In this document: in pieces, positions 10,376 to 20,486 of the stretch
Layout: every line of letters begins with the position of its first letter
Numbering within the stretch: position 1 is the stretch's first letter
Program-made: the position numbers and the translations under genes
Assembly: GCA_965205025.1 (NCBI GenBank)
Contig: CBDBFU010000024.1
Span: 1 to 64,000, forward strand
Source: Candidatus Poribacteria bacterium
Lineage (GTDB): Bacteria > Poribacteria > WGA-4E > WGA-3G
Direction: 5' to 3'
DNA: 64,000 nt
The notes under the pieces: model-generated
The model's database searches: none
What the model was told of the DNA's origin: nothing
What the model saw: only the letters and a program-made list of their open reading frames with translations

Positions 10376-12746
10376 ACAAATCCTACTTTCATTACTAAAC
10401 TGTTTATGGAAATTGGGAATATTAGGGGGTTTAACATTGCTTATTACCAGACGTTTACGTACGAAACCTCGCTTTCTTTTCTTAGCAGCATTATATCTAA
10501 TAATTGGGATACCTATACTATCAATGGCACAGTTGATACCTTTGAAAACAATACCAGTATCACTTTTTGCTCAGACTTCTGAAGAAACAGAAAAGCCAAA
10601 AGATGAAGCAAAAAATCAGAAGAGGCAGAAAGCGGAAACCGAGACTAAAGAAAAAAAAGAGTACAAAGATAGTTCGAAGATTGAAGTAAAAGATCCATCA
10701 CTCTCTATTAGTTCTGCAGAAGAGAAGATTTTCTCAGGACCACAAGTAGGTGAAAAACTACCATCATTTAATGTTACTGGTATGTATGGAGAAATTGAAG
10801 GAGAAACATTCGATATTACTTCAACAGACGGACAACCTCTCATTCTCTTCGTACAGGATGCCAATGGGGTTGGAATAAAAGGATTTAGTATGATCCTGGA
10901 TTTGTTTTTGACGATTGCTGATTACCAAAAACAACAAAATAGTAAATCTGAAGACTCCAATCAATCCCTTCAATTAGGTGTTGTGTTTCTTATAGACGAT
11001 GTGGTTGATCTTCCTGATTGGTCAGGTAAATTCCTTGAAAATTGGCTTGCTAAAGGAGTAATGGTGTGTATGTCTCCAGATGGCAGGGAAGGACCGGGTA
11101 GTTATGGGTTGAATCGGAATGTTGCCCAAACCATCTTAATTGCTAATGATGGAAAAGTAGTACACAATTTCGCATTCACACAGCCTATGCTCTACACAGA
11201 TCCGTATGTTTTGGGTGCTGTTTCACAGGCAATTGGCGTGGAACCGTCAACGATGGAAAAATGGTTGAATAAGAAATCAGCAAATCAAAAAATGAAGATG
11301 AATGCTGATGAGAAATCTGCTGAATATTACGTATCAGAGATTAAAAAAGCATTGATGAACGGTAAGATTTCAAAGGAGGATGCAGTAATAAAGCTTGTAG
11401 ATCTGGGAGTTAATCCAGAGAAAGCCGCAAGCATAATCAATCAAACCAAAGATACATCTCAGAAGCGTGATCCTTCTCCAGAGGAACAAATACGACGCGA
11501 TAGAGATCCCTCACCAGAAGAACGAATCAGACGCGATAGAAATCCTGAAGAAAGACAAATCGAACGGGAAGGAGACCGTGAAAGAGATCCTTCTCCAGAG
11601 GAACAAATACGACGCGATAGAGATCCTTCTCCAGAAGAACAGATACGACGCGATAGAAGTCCTGAAGGGAGGCAAACCGAACGGGAAGGAAACCGTGATA
11701 AAGATCCTGCTATCTCTCCAGAATTGCTTGTTAGATTATTTGATAAAGACAAGGATGGAATGCTAAACGAAGAGGAAAGGATGACGGTTCAACGTCTGAT
11801 GGACAGTCGCAAGAATCAAAATCGAAACCGCAGAAGGAAGGTAGAAGTTAAAGATCCTGATGAGTTTAAAAGAAATCGGGAAAATCTCATCTATTCTGGA
11901 CCACAACCATCTGAAAAACTACCTTCTTTAATGGCTACAGTTATAAATGGGGATGATGAAGGAAAGACCATTGATTTCATTGCAAAAGCAAATGGAAAAT
12001 CACACATTCTGGTCTTACAGGATGAAACACCTCTCGGTTTACGTGGATTAGTTGCTTTCACTCGTATATTGGAAGATATATCCCAAAAATCTAAACAGGA
12101 ATTCCAGATACAGGTAGTATTTTTGGGTGATTCACCAGAAGCATTATTTCAACAAGCAAAAAAGATAGTGCCACATATTCCAGAAAATATACTTCTCGGT
12201 ATTTCTCCTGATGGTCGTGAAGGACCGGGTAGTTATGGTCTGAATCGTAACATGGCACAAACGGTAATTATTGCTAATAACGGAGTAGTGTTACACAACT
12301 TCCCTTTAACACAACCCATGCTATCTCCAGATCCGTATGTTCTTGGTGCCATTTGCGAGTTAATTGGAGAAAAGCCAGCTACATTGGAAAAGTGGTTAAA
12401 CGCAGAGAATCCTATAATCAAAATTAAAAACCCTTCTGAGAAAGAAGAAAATGGTGTAATGCTCTTAAAGGGAACGTTTGCATTAAACGGAACTGTTGTG
12501 GACTTAGATGAGACCGTTGTAAATTTTGATGGATTGCTTACATTCCTCCGTAGCTTGCCTGAAGTACCAGAATCTATGCTTATTATCGAAGCAGAACGAG
12601 AAGTATCACATGAGCAAATCGTAAAGGTAATGGATATCGCAAAAGAAGCAGGTATTGATAAGATTGGATTTGCAATTAGAGAGGTTGAAGATAAAAGTAT
12701 GGAGTCTGACAAAGCACAAGGACTACGTAACAAGGATTCCAATTAG
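10368..12746 (+). CDS. BlaR1-derived membrane protein lacking the M56 domain: two thioredoxin-like repeats, charged repeats, EF-hand-like loop, C-terminal ExbD-like domain
   Basis: N-terminus matches the first and last TM of 8112-9974. SGPQ-x-x-EKLPS...SPDGREGPGSYGLNRN...F-x-x-TQPML-x-x-DPYVLGA occurs twice. DKDKDGMLNEEE loop. LIIEAEREVSHEQIVKVMDIAKEAGIDKIGF resembles ExbD/TolR. Confidence 0.75.
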   Translation: MTQQILLSLLNCLWKLGILGGLTLLITRRLRTKPRFLFLAALYLIIGIPILSMAQLIPLKTIPVSLFAQTSEETEKPKDEAKNQKRQKAETETKEKKEYKDSSKIEVKDPSLSISSAEEKIFSGPQVGEKLPSFNVTGMYGEIEGETFDITSTDGQPLILFVQDANGVGIKGFSMILDLFLTIADYQKQQNSKSEDSNQSLQLGVVFLIDDVVDLPDWSGKFLENWLAKGVMVCMSPDGREGPGSYGLNRNVAQTILIANDGKVVHNFAFTQPMLYTDPYVLGAVSQAIGVEPSTMEKWLNKKSANQKMKMNADEKSAEYYVSEIKKALMNGKISKEDAVIKLVDLGVNPEKAASIINQTKDTSQKRDPSPEEQIRRDRDPSPEERIRRDRNPEERQIEREGDRERDPSPEEQIRRDRDPSPEEQIRRDRSPEGRQTEREGNRDKDPAISPELLVRLFDKDKDGMLNEEERMTVQRLMDSRKNQNRNRRRKVEVKDPDEFKRNRENLIYSGPQPSEKLPSLMATVINGDDEGKTIDFIAKANGKSHILVLQDETPLGLRGLVAFTRILEDISQKSKQEFQIQVVFLGDSPEALFQQAKKIVPHIPENILLGISPDGREGPGSYGLNRNMAQTVIIANNGVVLHNFPLTQPMLSPDPYVLGAICELIGEKPATLEKWLNAENPIIKIKNPSEKEENGVMLLKGTFALNGTVVDLDETVVNFDGLLTFLRSLPEVPESMLIIEAEREVSHEQIVKVMDIAKEAGIDKIGFAIREVEDKSMESDKAQGLRNKDSN
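11469..11710 (+). repeat. Coding tandem repeat: 36-bp units within a 117-bp higher-order repeat (DPSPEEQIRRDR)
   Basis: GATCCTTCTCCAGAG at 11469 and 11586; in frame, no spacers. Confidence 0.9.
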
Positions 12747-12766
12747 GTTATTAGAGGAGAAACATA

Positions 12767-14137
12767 ATGAACATTTCAAAACGATGTGATGGGATTAGCC
12801 GACGTGATTTTTTACGCGTCGGTGGATTGTCAGCACTTGGATTAGGATTAGGTGATTTTTTCCATTTGCAACGTGCGATTGCAAGTAATAATACGCTAAC
12901 ACCATCAGCGAAATCTTGTATCCTAATATGGTTGGATGGAGGACCAAGTCATCTGGAAACATTTGATCCAAAACCAGATGCCCCACAAGAAGTCCGCGGT
13001 CCCTTGAGTACCATTGCCACCAATATCTCCGGTATACGGATAAATGAATGTTTGGAAAAGACAGCACAGATGATGGATAAGATTGCTATTATCCGTTCAA
13101 TGACTTCCCCTCTTGGAGAACATAGTCTTGGTACACAATACCTCATGACAGGATACAAACCTACTCCCGCACTTGAGTATCCAACCTATGGTGCTACTGT
13201 CACCTATGTCAGATCTCAATATAGTAAGGACGGTTCAGAGGATGCTCTATCTGTATTACCACCAAACATTGCTGTACCAAACTTCACAGGTGAAGTTTCG
13301 GGTAATGGATATTTACCATCCTCAACAACACCTTTTTCTGTGGTCGGTAATTCCGATAAAGAAAGAAGAGGGGACTTTAAGGTTCGAGATCTGGATTTCT
13401 ATCAAGGTCTTGATATTGATAGACTCTCACGACGTAGGCAATTTGTCAACGCGCTCAATGAGTTTAGCAGTGCTAAAGATGCTGGTACAGAATCGGTATC
13501 GGATCCAGAATTGGAACGTGCCTACAATCTAATTACTTCTCCCGAAGCAAAGGGAGCATTCAATCTTTCTGAAGAACCTCGAGATGTTCGAAATCGATAT
13601 GGGACAGGTGGAGTGAATGGAATTGGAAATAGTTGTTTACTTGCCCGAAGGTTGGTAGAACGCGGTGTACCATTTGTGACAGTCAACCATACCGGTTGGG
13701 ACACACATCAAAATATCTTCCAGTTGAAAGAACATTATCCTACTGATCGAAATGCACATTTACCTTCGCTTGATCGTGCATTAAGTACCCTGATTCAAGA
13801 TCTTAGTGATCGGAGGATGTTGGATGAAACTCTGGTTATAGTCATGGGTGAGTTTGGTCGTACACCGAAAATTAACTCACAAGGTGGACGTGACCACTGG
13901 CCTAATGTATTTAGTGTGATATTGGCTGGCGGTGGTGTGCAGGGTGGACAAGTTGTCGGAAGTAGTGATTCACTTGGTGAGTTCCCAAAAGAACGTCCAG
14001 TGACACCTTCGGATCTGTCAGCGACAATCTATACGTTGCTCGGTATTGATCCAAGTTTGGAGCTTCATACGAGTGACGGTCGTCCAGTTCGCGTTGCCCC
14101 TGACGGTGCGAAGGTTGTCTCAGAATTATTCGTGTAA
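12767..14137 (+). CDS. DUF1501 family protein with Tat-like leader
   Basis: SRRDFLRVG; CILIWLDGGPSHLETFDPKP; LLARRLVERGV; GWDTH; GEFGRTPKIN...GRDHWP. Confidence 0.92.
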   Translation: MNISKRCDGISRRDFLRVGGLSALGLGLGDFFHLQRAIASNNTLTPSAKSCILIWLDGGPSHLETFDPKPDAPQEVRGPLSTIATNISGIRINECLEKTAQMMDKIAIIRSMTSPLGEHSLGTQYLMTGYKPTPALEYPTYGATVTYVRSQYSKDGSEDALSVLPPNIAVPNFTGEVSGNGYLPSSTTPFSVVGNSDKERRGDFKVRDLDFYQGLDIDRLSRRRQFVNALNEFSSAKDAGTESVSDPELERAYNLITSPEAKGAFNLSEEPRDVRNRYGTGGVNGIGNSCLLARRLVERGVPFVTVNHTGWDTHQNIFQLKEHYPTDRNAHLPSLDRALSTLIQDLSDRRMLDETLVIVMGEFGRTPKINSQGGRDHWPNVFSVILAGGGVQGGQVVGSSDSLGEFPKERPVTPSDLSATIYTLLGIDPSLELHTSDGRPVRVAPDGAKVVSELFV

Positions 14138-14254
14138 GTCAATTTAATATGGGATAATTGATGTGTGGCAGATCGAACAACCGATGAGTAACAGTCAATC
14201 ATCTAACATATAACATCAATCCACCTCTATTTCAAGAAACCCAAAGGTATATTT

Positions 14255-15592
14255 ATGAAACGTGTATCAACACCAATTCTAATTGTCTTATTTATTGGTG
14301 TGGCTATCTTATCTTATTCTTTGTATGCTCAAGGAAGTAATGAAGAGAAGTATTGGAATCAGTTCCGTGGACCAGACGGAGATGGTAAAGCAATTGCGAC
14401 CGACCTTCCCACCGAATTTAGTGAAACGGAAAACGTGCGTTGGAAAATACCGATACATGATCAAGGATATTCATCGCCAGTGGTTTGGGGAAATCAGATT
14501 TGGGTTACAACTGCGCGTGAAGATGGGAAGGAACTGTTTGCAATCTGTGTTGACTTAGAGAGTGGTGACATAAAGCATGATATAAAAGTGTTTGATGTGG
14601 TAGAGCCGCAAATCGAACATCCTGGTCTTAACAGTCATGCTTCCCCTACTCCCATTGTGGAGGAAGGACGTATCTACGTACACTACGGCACTTATGGCAC
14701 TGCATGTTTAGACACTAAAACTGGTGACATTCTTTGGGAACGCAGAAATTTAAATTGTGACCACCGAGTGCGACCAGCTTCATCACCAATTATTGATGAG
14801 AATCGGTTGTTCCTAACATTTGATGGCGTTGATGTTCAGTTTATCGCTGCATTAGATAAGAACAACGGAGACACTTTGTGGTTGAAACATCGAAAGGTTG
14901 ATTCGAATTTTGAGGAGGTCCTTAAGGCTAAAGGAATTAAGGATACTGAAAAAACGAAAAAGGAGAAACCGAATGATAATCGGAAATCATACGCGACACC
15001 TACAATTATTACCTATCAAGGAAAGAAGCAGTTGATAAGTCCTGCTGCAGAGGTGACTATATCTTATGATCCGGCAACAGGGGATGAGTTGTGGCGTGTT
15101 CGCCATGAAGGATGGGGATGGAACGTTGCATGCAGACCGATTTTTGCCCATAACCGTGTCTATTTCACTATAGGTATAGAGAAAGTGTTATTAGCAGTTG
15201 ATCCTTCTGGCACGGGTGATGTTACCGATACCCATATTGTTTGGAAAGTTCGTAAAGGTGCTCCTGAAATTCCGTCTCCGCTGATTATTGAGGACTTGAT
15301 TTTTATGGTCAATGAGGGTGGGATTGTAATTTGTGTCGAGGCGGAAGCTGGGAATCCAGTGTGGAGAAGTCGTATCGGTGGGAAGTATTGGGCATCACCG
15401 GTATATGCTGATGGAAATATCTACTTTTTCAGCACTGATGGACGAGTTTCGATTATTTCTGCTGATCGCGAGTTTAAATTACTGGCACGGAACGAATTTT
15501 CTGATGGTTTCATTGCCTCTGGTGCTGTAGCCGGTAATACTCTCATCTTACGTTCTGAGACGCATCTATATTGTATTGAGGATAAGTCTTAA
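14255..15592 (+). CDS. Secreted PQQ-binding-like beta-propeller protein
   Basis: Signal peptide; WNQFRGP; YSSPVVWG; ASPTPIV; repeated D-x-x-TG-x-x-LW. Confidence 0.88.
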   Translation: MKRVSTPILIVLFIGVAILSYSLYAQGSNEEKYWNQFRGPDGDGKAIATDLPTEFSETENVRWKIPIHDQGYSSPVVWGNQIWVTTAREDGKELFAICVDLESGDIKHDIKVFDVVEPQIEHPGLNSHASPTPIVEEGRIYVHYGTYGTACLDTKTGDILWERRNLNCDHRVRPASSPIIDENRLFLTFDGVDVQFIAALDKNNGDTLWLKHRKVDSNFEEVLKAKGIKDTEKTKKEKPNDNRKSYATPTIITYQGKKQLISPAAEVTISYDPATGDELWRVRHEGWGWNVACRPIFAHNRVYFTIGIEKVLLAVDPSGTGDVTDTHIVWKVRKGAPEIPSPLIIEDLIFMVNEGGIVICVEAEAGNPVWRSRIGGKYWASPVYADGNIYFFSTDGRVSIISADREFKLLARNEFSDGFIASGAVAGNTLILRSETHLYCIEDKS

Positions 15593-15611
15593 CCCCTAAG
15601 GACTAAACAGA

Positions 15612-17846
15612 ATGAAAACAAAACAGTTAATACAGATCATATCAATAATAGCAACAATCCTATCCGTGTATTGTCTAATACTACCAAATATATCCTATGC
15701 GGACGAACAGTCATCTGAAATAGTATTATCTGAAGTAAACACTTCAGATTCCACGGATATTGTTGATTTTGAAAATGACTTAATCCCTATCTTTACCAAG
15801 TTCGGTTGTAATGCTGGAGCATGCCACGGTTCAGCTGCAGGTAGAGGAGAGTTAAATCTTTCACTCTTCGGAGGTAACCCACAAACCGACTATCAAGCAA
15901 TAGTCCGACAATTTTCAGGACGTAGGATTAACTTAATATATCCTGACGAAAGTCTTATTATATTAAAACCAACAGCACAAACTAAACATGGTGGTGGACA
16001 AGTCCTTAATGAAAATGAAGAAGCAGTGGAATTACTCCTTAGCTGGATCAAACAAGGGGCGCGTTTTGAAACACAACGTGAATTGGATCGTGTTGAAATA
16101 ACTCCAAAAAAACAGATAATACAGGATCTTGAAAGTTCTATACAACTTCGGTCAATTGCTCATTTTTCTGATGGAACAACTAAGGATGTAACCCGATGGA
16201 CAGTCTTTACACCTGAGGATACATCTGCTATTGAAATTGACACAAACACTTCTACCGCGAAAATGTTGCGTCCGGGTCGACATATTATTCTTGCACGTTA
16301 TCTCACTGAAGTAGTGCCTATAGAATTCATCGCACCGTTGAATACTACTCCAATTGATAATATTTATTTAGATGAAACTTCATCTCAAATTGGTGACACG
16401 GTGATTGATGGTGAAATTCTCAAATTACTTTCTACGTTAAGGTTACCTGTATCCCCTGCTGTCGGTGATGCAACCTTCCTGCGAAGGGTAACACTTGATC
16501 TAACAGGTCGTCTCCCAGTTTCAGACCAAGTAATTGCTTTTCTTGCAGACAAAGACACAACAAAACGAGAAACATGGGTTGGTACACTCCTCCAGTCTGA
16601 GGAATTCAGTCAATACTGGACATTACAGTTGGCGAAACTACTTCGGATTGGTGGACAGAATGGAAACTCACAAGGTACACTCGTATACCATAGGTGGCTT
16701 GAACAACAGATTCAAGATGGTGTAGGGTATGACCAGATTGCACGATCTATTATTCTGTCAACAGGTGATTCACATCAAGTCGGTCCTGCGAATTTCTACC
16801 GTACGAATAGAAGTGCAGGTGAACAAGCTGAATTCCTGAGTGAACTCTTCATGGGTGCACGTTTGCGCTGTGCCAATTGCCATAACCATCCACTTGATAA
16901 ATGGACACAGGATGACTACCATGGACTCACTGCAATCCTCGCGAAAATTGATGGAAATGAACAGGTTGTCAAGATAAAACCAAATGCAGAAATCATCCAT
17001 CCTACTACACGGGAAACAGCAATTCCTCGTATTCCAGGTGTCCAGTATTTGGCATCTGATGTGGATGGACGTGCTGAATTGGTGGACTGGTTAACAAATG
17101 TAGACAACCCGTACTTTGCCAAAGCCTTTGTTAATCGCTTGTGGAAAACAATGATGGGACGCGGGTTAGTTGAACCTGTTGACGATTTCCGATCCACTAA
17201 TCCTGCGACACATCCGGAGTTGTTAACAGATTTGGCTAAAGACTTTGTGATCAACGGTTACGATTTACGTCACACACTCAAACGAATCGCTATGAGTGAT
17301 GTATACGCTCGAAGTGCCACTACCCTCCCAGAAAATGTGAATGATGATCGTTTCTATTCACATGCCCTAATAAAACCTATTCCACCTGAAGTCTTGGCGG
17401 ATGCCATTTCAGATGTTCTTGATGTTCCAGATCTCTATGGTGATGAACCTGAAGGTACCCGTGCTGTTGCTTTAATTGATCCAGATACAGAGTCAGAATC
17501 ACTTGATATCTTGGGAAGATGTGTCCGTGAATCCTCATGTGAAACGACAAACGCATTGACTGATGGACTTAAACGTAAACTTCACTTATTTAATGGTGAA
17601 CTTCTCAATGCACGTATCGGTGTGATTGGTGGTCGACTGGATAAATTAATCGAATCCAATAAATTACCGTTGGAGATTCTTGATGCATTCTATCTGGCTG
17701 CGTTGAGTAGATATCCTACAGAAAAAGAACGTGTATTTTGGAAGCAACATATTGACGTTTACGCATCTGCAGCATCCCAACAAAGCGTGTTTGAGGATAT
17801 GGTGTGGAGTCTACTCACCTGCAACGAATTTGTAATGAACCATTAG
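15612..17846 (+). CDS. DUF1549/DUF1553 planctomycete-type protein with cytochrome c-like motifs and Ig-like domain
   Basis: GCNAGACHG; FLRRVTLDLTGRLP; CANCHNHP; NPYFAKAFVNRLWK...GRGLVEPVDD; NPATHPELL; ends CNEFVMNH. Confidence 0.9.
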   Translation: MKTKQLIQIISIIATILSVYCLILPNISYADEQSSEIVLSEVNTSDSTDIVDFENDLIPIFTKFGCNAGACHGSAAGRGELNLSLFGGNPQTDYQAIVRQFSGRRINLIYPDESLIILKPTAQTKHGGGQVLNENEEAVELLLSWIKQGARFETQRELDRVEITPKKQIIQDLESSIQLRSIAHFSDGTTKDVTRWTVFTPEDTSAIEIDTNTSTAKMLRPGRHIILARYLTEVVPIEFIAPLNTTPIDNIYLDETSSQIGDTVIDGEILKLLSTLRLPVSPAVGDATFLRRVTLDLTGRLPVSDQVIAFLADKDTTKRETWVGTLLQSEEFSQYWTLQLAKLLRIGGQNGNSQGTLVYHRWLEQQIQDGVGYDQIARSIILSTGDSHQVGPANFYRTNRSAGEQAEFLSELFMGARLRCANCHNHPLDKWTQDDYHGLTAILAKIDGNEQVVKIKPNAEIIHPTTRETAIPRIPGVQYLASDVDGRAELVDWLTNVDNPYFAKAFVNRLWKTMMGRGLVEPVDDFRSTNPATHPELLTDLAKDFVINGYDLRHTLKRIAMSDVYARSATTLPENVNDDRFYSHALIKPIPPEVLADAISDVLDVPDLYGDEPEGTRAVALIDPDTESESLDILGRCVRESSCETTNALTDGLKRKLHLFNGELLNARIGVIGGRLDKLIESNKLPLEILDAFYLAALSRYPTEKERVFWKQHIDVYASAASQQSVFEDMVWSLLTCNEFVMNH

Positions 17847-17865
17847 AAATATAGGTAATTATCTG

Positions 17866-19215
17866 ATGAAACTGAAATGTAAGTCATATTTCACACTGCT
17901 TTTTATGAGTAGTATTTGCATAATGATAGTTATCGGATCTTCATTATTTGCAGATACAAAAGTAAAAGCTGACTTTGAGAAACAGGTCTTACCTATTCTG
18001 CGAAATAGTTGTTTCAGTTGCCATAGTACATCGAAGGTTGATGGGAGTGCGTTGGTTAGTAAACCAAAGGGTGATGTCCAACTGGATAGTGTGAAGGGTA
18101 TTGAGGATAGCCAATATGGAGAAGTAATTGTCGCTGGTGAACCTGAGGACTCCTTACTTTATCAACGGATCACATTATCTGAAAACGACAATGGCATTAT
18201 GCCACCACCGGGTACAGGTAAACCTTTGACAAAACCAGAAACCGATCTTATCAGAAAATGGATTGATGAAGGAGCAAACTATGGTGATTGGGTAGGAAAT
18301 CAAATTGAGCAAGCACATCAGACTGACGTAAGTTCTCACAATCCAATAGTAATGCCTCCGATCACTTCTCTCGCTTTTACAAACGATGGTAACCATGTTG
18401 TTGCAGGATCACAAGTAGGATTACAGATCTATGAATGGTCCACACTTACTTTAAAGAGAACTATATCGGTGATCCCTCGTAATATCCATGATTTGGCTTT
18501 TTCACCTGATAATAAATGGTTGGCAGTGGGTGGTGGAAATCCTTCAACAGAAGGTATCATAGAAATTCTCTCTTGGCAAGAAGGTGTATCTTGCAATATC
18601 CTAAGAGGCCATCGTGATTCTGTTATGACTGTCACTTGGCGGGATGCGTCGTCCCTTGCCTCTGGAAGCATGGATCGTGACATTATTCTCTGGAATTTAT
18701 TAGATGGTACAGAAATTCGCCGTTTTAAAGGACATTCTCGCGGGGTGTCCTCTCTTTGTTTCATGCAAGATAAAGAACTACTTATTAGTACGGGAATAGA
18801 TCAGAATGTCCGCGTATGGGATGTGACAACCGGTGAGTTAATCCGCAGTATGAACAACCATACACATACTGTTCATAACTTAGCACTCAGACCGAATGCA
18901 ACAAGTCTTCCGATGATTGCTTCTGTCAGCGATGATCGCACAATACGGCTCTGGCAGCCGACTATTGGCAGAATGGTAAAATTCGCACGGCTCAACGTAG
19001 TGCCTTTAAACGTCGTATGGTTAAACGATGGATCTAAAGTTGTTGCTTCCTGTATTGACGGTAATATCCGGATGATTGATCCTGATTCAGTAGAAATCAC
19101 TGATGAGATTCTTGGCATTGATGGATGGGGCTACTCGTTGAATATTCATCCTACTGATAGTAGTATTGTTATCGGTGGAGAGAACGGACAGATCAAACGG
19201 ATTGTAATTAAATAG
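17866..19215 (+). CDS. Planctomycete cytochrome c domain plus WD40 repeats
   Basis: CFSCH heme motif; GEPEDSLLYQRI...MPP...LIRKWIDEGA; GH/WD repeats. Confidence 0.88.
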   Translation: MKLKCKSYFTLLFMSSICIMIVIGSSLFADTKVKADFEKQVLPILRNSCFSCHSTSKVDGSALVSKPKGDVQLDSVKGIEDSQYGEVIVAGEPEDSLLYQRITLSENDNGIMPPPGTGKPLTKPETDLIRKWIDEGANYGDWVGNQIEQAHQTDVSSHNPIVMPPITSLAFTNDGNHVVAGSQVGLQIYEWSTLTLKRTISVIPRNIHDLAFSPDNKWLAVGGGNPSTEGIIEILSWQEGVSCNILRGHRDSVMTVTWRDASSLASGSMDRDIILWNLLDGTEIRRFKGHSRGVSSLCFMQDKELLISTGIDQNVRVWDVTTGELIRSMNNHTHTVHNLALRPNATSLPMIASVSDDRTIRLWQPTIGRMVKFARLNVVPLNVVWLNDGSKVVASCIDGNIRMIDPDSVEITDEILGIDGWGYSLNIHPTDSSIVIGGENGQIKRIVIK

Positions 19216-19494
19216 ATAATCTCATATTGATATATTCCTTCTAAGACAATACCCATTAGATTATCAGAATCCTAAACACTGCATGAGAAAACATGTGGTG
19301 TTTTATTTTTTTATTTGATTGGAATCCAACAATATCAAACTTGGACTTCACATTTAGAAACCTATTTTGATTTAATCACGTGTTAAATATAGTGAATATT
19401 ACACTCGTGCTATGTCAGTTAGGTTGGGTAGTAATTATTGATACCAAATTGAAACACATCACATTTACCTTTAACCTAAAACTGAACTTAATTC

Positions 19495-19617
19495 TAACAT
19501 GAGTTTGAAAAATCAGATTCTTATGCTTCCGTGCGGTTAGAAACCGCACCTACCAGGTCAAAGAGAGTCTTATTCTTGTAAAATAAAGTTTATTCACCTA
19601 TTATCAAACTCACGTTA
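19495..19617. mobile_element. MITE family A variant carrying a GTAG REP, with 4-bp target duplication ATTC
   Basis: Ends TAACATGAGTTTGA and TCAAACTCACGTTA; ATTC at 19491-19494 and 19618-19621; internal GTGCGGTT-AGA-AACCGCAC-CTAC hairpin. Confidence 0.7.
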
Positions 19618-19654
19618 ATTCAGGATGAATATACATACTTATGGAGAACTATTA

Positions 19655-20467
19655 ATGCAGAAGTATCTATGGATAGTGATGATTCCTATCATTTGTTGTT
19701 TAACATCATTTATAGGTTGCACTAAAGTCCAAAAAGAACAAACATCTGTTGCGTCGAATGAATTGCAATCAGAACAACCGGATGTACTGATTTATACAGG
19801 CAGTACTTCTTGGATTACTTATGAACATGCATCAGAAGAAGCAGAGAATACAAAGAATCTTTTGAAAGCCAATGGAATCCGAGTGGAAATTACCGAAAGT
19901 GAGGAAGATCTTAAGAAGTGGATGTCTGAAACAACAGCAAATGGTGTGGTAAATGTCTGCGTCCTTTATGGTGTCTTGCCTACTACAATATATGCGGTTG
20001 GAAATACACAGTCAGAAGGATCTATCGCCGAATTGTGGATTGAATCAACGGACGGTGATACGATTTTGAATCAAGCGGATTATTTAGGATATTACAGTTC
20101 GGATGGCACTGCTAACAACAAAGCACCTCTACAAAACCTTATGGATCTTCCCAAACTGGATATTAATGTAGAGTATTTTGAAGAGCTGCCTATGTATCTC
20201 ACCGAACACGGTAAATCTCTAACACCGAGTTTAGTGATGTTTAAATCTGACAGACCATTTCCCTTAGAACAACTTGGTGGTGAGTGGTATCCTGAAAAGA
20301 TTTTTGCCAGCGATACTGGGGACACACAGTCAAAATCGGCAGATCCACTAATTCTCAAAGATGGGAATCGAGGTAGACTTGCGATGGTTCACCAAACACA
20401 TCATAAACATAATCCGAAAGGTGTTGTTGCAGCGGAGATAATCATCAATTATCTCTTGGCAGAATAG
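19655..20467 (+). CDS. Putative lipoprotein of unknown function (paralog of 20641-21465)
   Basis: GGAG RBS before ATG 19655; lipobox-like FIGC; shares WIESTDGDTI, QADYLGY, LQNLMD, SDRPFPL and EKIFASDTG with the next gene. Confidence 0.8.
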   Translation: MQKYLWIVMIPIICCLTSFIGCTKVQKEQTSVASNELQSEQPDVLIYTGSTSWITYEHASEEAENTKNLLKANGIRVEITESEEDLKKWMSETTANGVVNVCVLYGVLPTTIYAVGNTQSEGSIAELWIESTDGDTILNQADYLGYYSSDGTANNKAPLQNLMDLPKLDINVEYFEELPMYLTEHGKSLTPSLVMFKSDRPFPLEQLGGEWYPEKIFASDTGDTQSKSADPLILKDGNRGRLAMVHQTHHKHNPKGVVAAEIIINYLLAE

Positions 20468-20486
20468 TCTTTGTGTGTATCGGTTA

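Noticed and set aside
11469-11710. 36-bp repeats resembling a CRISPR array
   Set aside because: No unique spacers, in-frame coding repeat, and no cas genes in the window.
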